This document shows positions 62,626-64,000 of a stretch of DNA of 64,000 nt, in pieces. The position numbers were made by a program, and so were the translations under genes. The stretch spans positions 32,001-96,000 of the forward strand of contig CAVSDR010000006.1 in assembly GCA_963726745.1 (NCBI GenBank), given 5' to 3'. Under the pieces are notes generated by a model, which was given only the letters and a program-made list of their open reading frames with translations, was not told where the DNA came from and ran no database searches. The DNA is from an uncultured Verrucomicrobiae bacterium. GTDB lineage: Bacteria; Verrucomicrobiota; Verrucomicrobiia; Chthoniobacterales; UBA10450. Position 1 is the stretch's first letter, and each line of letters starts with the position of its first letter.

Positions 62626-64000
62626 ATGCGCCGCTCTTTCACGCTCCTCGCCGCCCTCGCCCTGGCAGCCACCGCGGGTGCCCAAACCTACCGGCTAATC
62701 GACCTGGGAGTGCCGCCAGGGCAGCAAGTGATCGCAGCCGCGGCGATGAATAATTCCGACCACGTGGCGGCCTCGAGCGAGAACTTTGCTTTCCGCTTCG
62801 CCGGCGGGACCTGGCAGAACCTCGGCACTCTCCCCGGTGGCACCCTCAGTAGCGCGGCCGCGATCAATAGCCTCGGCCAGGTCGCCGGCAGTTCGCAATT
62901 TACCGGGAGCGGGAGCCTGCAACACGCGGCGATTTTAGACAGCAACATGGTGACCGACTTGGGGACGCTGCCAGACTATGGGAACGACAGTCGAGCTCGC
63001 GGGATAAACACCGCCCGGCAGGTGGTGGGACGCGTGGGGACGAGCGGCGGCTCGACCTCGTCGCGCGCATTTATTTGGGATGAAGCCAATGGCATGCGCT
63101 TGATCACGCCCGGTCTCGCCCAGGCCAACAGCATCAACGATGCCGGCCAGGTCACCGGCAACTTCGCGCCTCCCGGCGTGGGCACCGGGGTGCGGCATGC
63201 GTTTCTCTGGACGGAAGCGGGCGGCGTGCAGGACCTCGGGACGCTGGTGCCGAGCGATGGGAATCCTTTCCACGAGACGTCGAGCGAAGGCGTCTTCGTG
63301 AACGCCAACGGCCATGTCGCCGGCAATTCGGCGATCAATTATTTCGACAACCGGCAGCATGCCGTGCTTTACGACGGCACGGCGCTGCGCGATCTCGGCT
63401 CGCTCGGGCCGGACGCCTTCGAGAGCGACCGGAGCACGGCCTTCGGGGTGAACAATCGCGATGAAGTGGTCGGCAGCAGCTACCGGCCTTTCGACGGCGG
63501 CGCGCTCTATCAGGTGGCGTTTATTTATCGTCACGGCGCGATGTATGACCTGGAGCGCCTGCTCGACGCCTCCGGAAGCGATTACCGGCTCTACAGCGCG
63601 GTCGCGATCAATGATTACGGGCACATTTTAGTCGACGCGATCAAGCGTTCGACCGGCGAGCGGCGGGCGGTCATCCTGCAGCCGAATCCAATCGCCACCG
63701 ACTTCGCGATTGTCGTCGACAATAGCGACCCGGCGAACACTGCTTTTGGCACGGGCCCGACGATCAACGATCGCGGGTCGGTCGCCTTTTACGTGGAAGC
63801 AGGCACGAGCACGCCGGGCGTTTACCGGAAAGATCCTGGAGCGCCGCCGGTCTTTGTTGCGGACGCGAACAACGGCTTCCCAGCCATCGACAACTTGGGC
63901 GAAGTCATCTCGCGCCGGACGGGCACGGGCCTGGGGCCGACGGAAATTTTCAAGGGCACGAGCGCCGCGACTTTGGCGATCGTCGCGCAGGCCTTTTCGA
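62626..64000 (+). CDS. Secreted HAF-repeat beta-propeller protein, followed by a second repeat domain; runs off window end (not in the ORF track)
   Basis: MRRSFTLLAALALAATAGAQ signal peptide; repeated (D/N)LGTL...A.AIN..GQV.G...HAFLW units; then PTINDRGSVAFY. Confidence 0.85.
   Translation, partial: MRRSFTLLAALALAATAGAQTYRLIDLGVPPGQQVIAAAAMNNSDHVAASSENFAFRFAGGTWQNLGTLPGGTLSSAAAINSLGQVAGSSQFTGSGSLQHAAILDSNMVTDLGTLPDYGNDSRARGINTARQVVGRVGTSGGSTSSRAFIWDEANGMRLITPGLAQANSINDAGQVTGNFAPPGVGTGVRHAFLWTEAGGVQDLGTLVPSDGNPFHETSSEGVFVNANGHVAGNSAINYFDNRQHAVLYDGTALRDLGSLGPDAFESDRSTAFGVNNRDEVVGSSYRPFDGGALYQVAFIYRHGAMYDLERLLDASGSDYRLYSAVAINDYGHILVDAIKRSTGERRAVILQPNPIATDFAIVVDNSDPANTAFGTGPTINDRGSVAFYVEAGTSTPGVYRKDPGAPPVFVADANNGFPAIDNLGEVISRRTGTGLGPTEIFKGTSAATLAIVAQAFS

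Overview
A GC-rich (roughly 65-67% by eye), gene-dense bacterial chromosomal segment. It is most likely Verrucomicrobiota (Chthoniobacterales/Spartobacteria-like), inferred from the gene set, the L28/ACP sequences and a Verrucomicrobia-type LexA box. Contents in order: (1) a fatty-acid/lysine catabolic cluster (icmF, fabG-like SDR, thiolase, an HPPD/HglS-like dioxygenase candidate, M28 peptidase, pcd, lat, acyl-CoA dehydrogenase, fadJ); (2) housekeeping genes (mgtE, rpmB, acpP, mscS, nth, hflX, miaA, RRM protein, glnS, gltX, tilS); (3) a GNAT + paired DMT + ureohydrolase module; (4) a TetR-RND efflux operon; (5) a bacillithiol-like bshA/bshB/mini-bshC cluster joined to a sodium:solute symporter, a secreted PIG-L protein and DUF2911; (6) tRNA-Arg(CCT), a TonB receptor downstream of a CusRS-type two-component system, a VPS10-like protein, a DAACS symporter, aroF-trpG-trpE, and a secreted HAF-repeat protein that runs off the end. 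About 15 apparent frameshifts, one of them in miaA, look like long-read assembly errors. I saw no mobile element or CRISPR array. Most notable signals: (a) the non-palindromic motif GCCTAACGA/TCGTTAGGC is strongly over-represented on both strands, like a DNA uptake sequence (at least 45 copies of the 7-mer core by manual count); (b) a LexA-box-controlled, nearly leaderless two-gene micro-operon encoding a 31-aa peptide with an Hda-like clamp-binding motif (QLELPL) and a zinc-ribbon protein; (c) a ~166-nt rod-like RNA (6S-like) upstream of the RRM gene; (d) a half-size BshC; (e) an unannotated HPPD/HglS-type enzyme beside lat/pcd.
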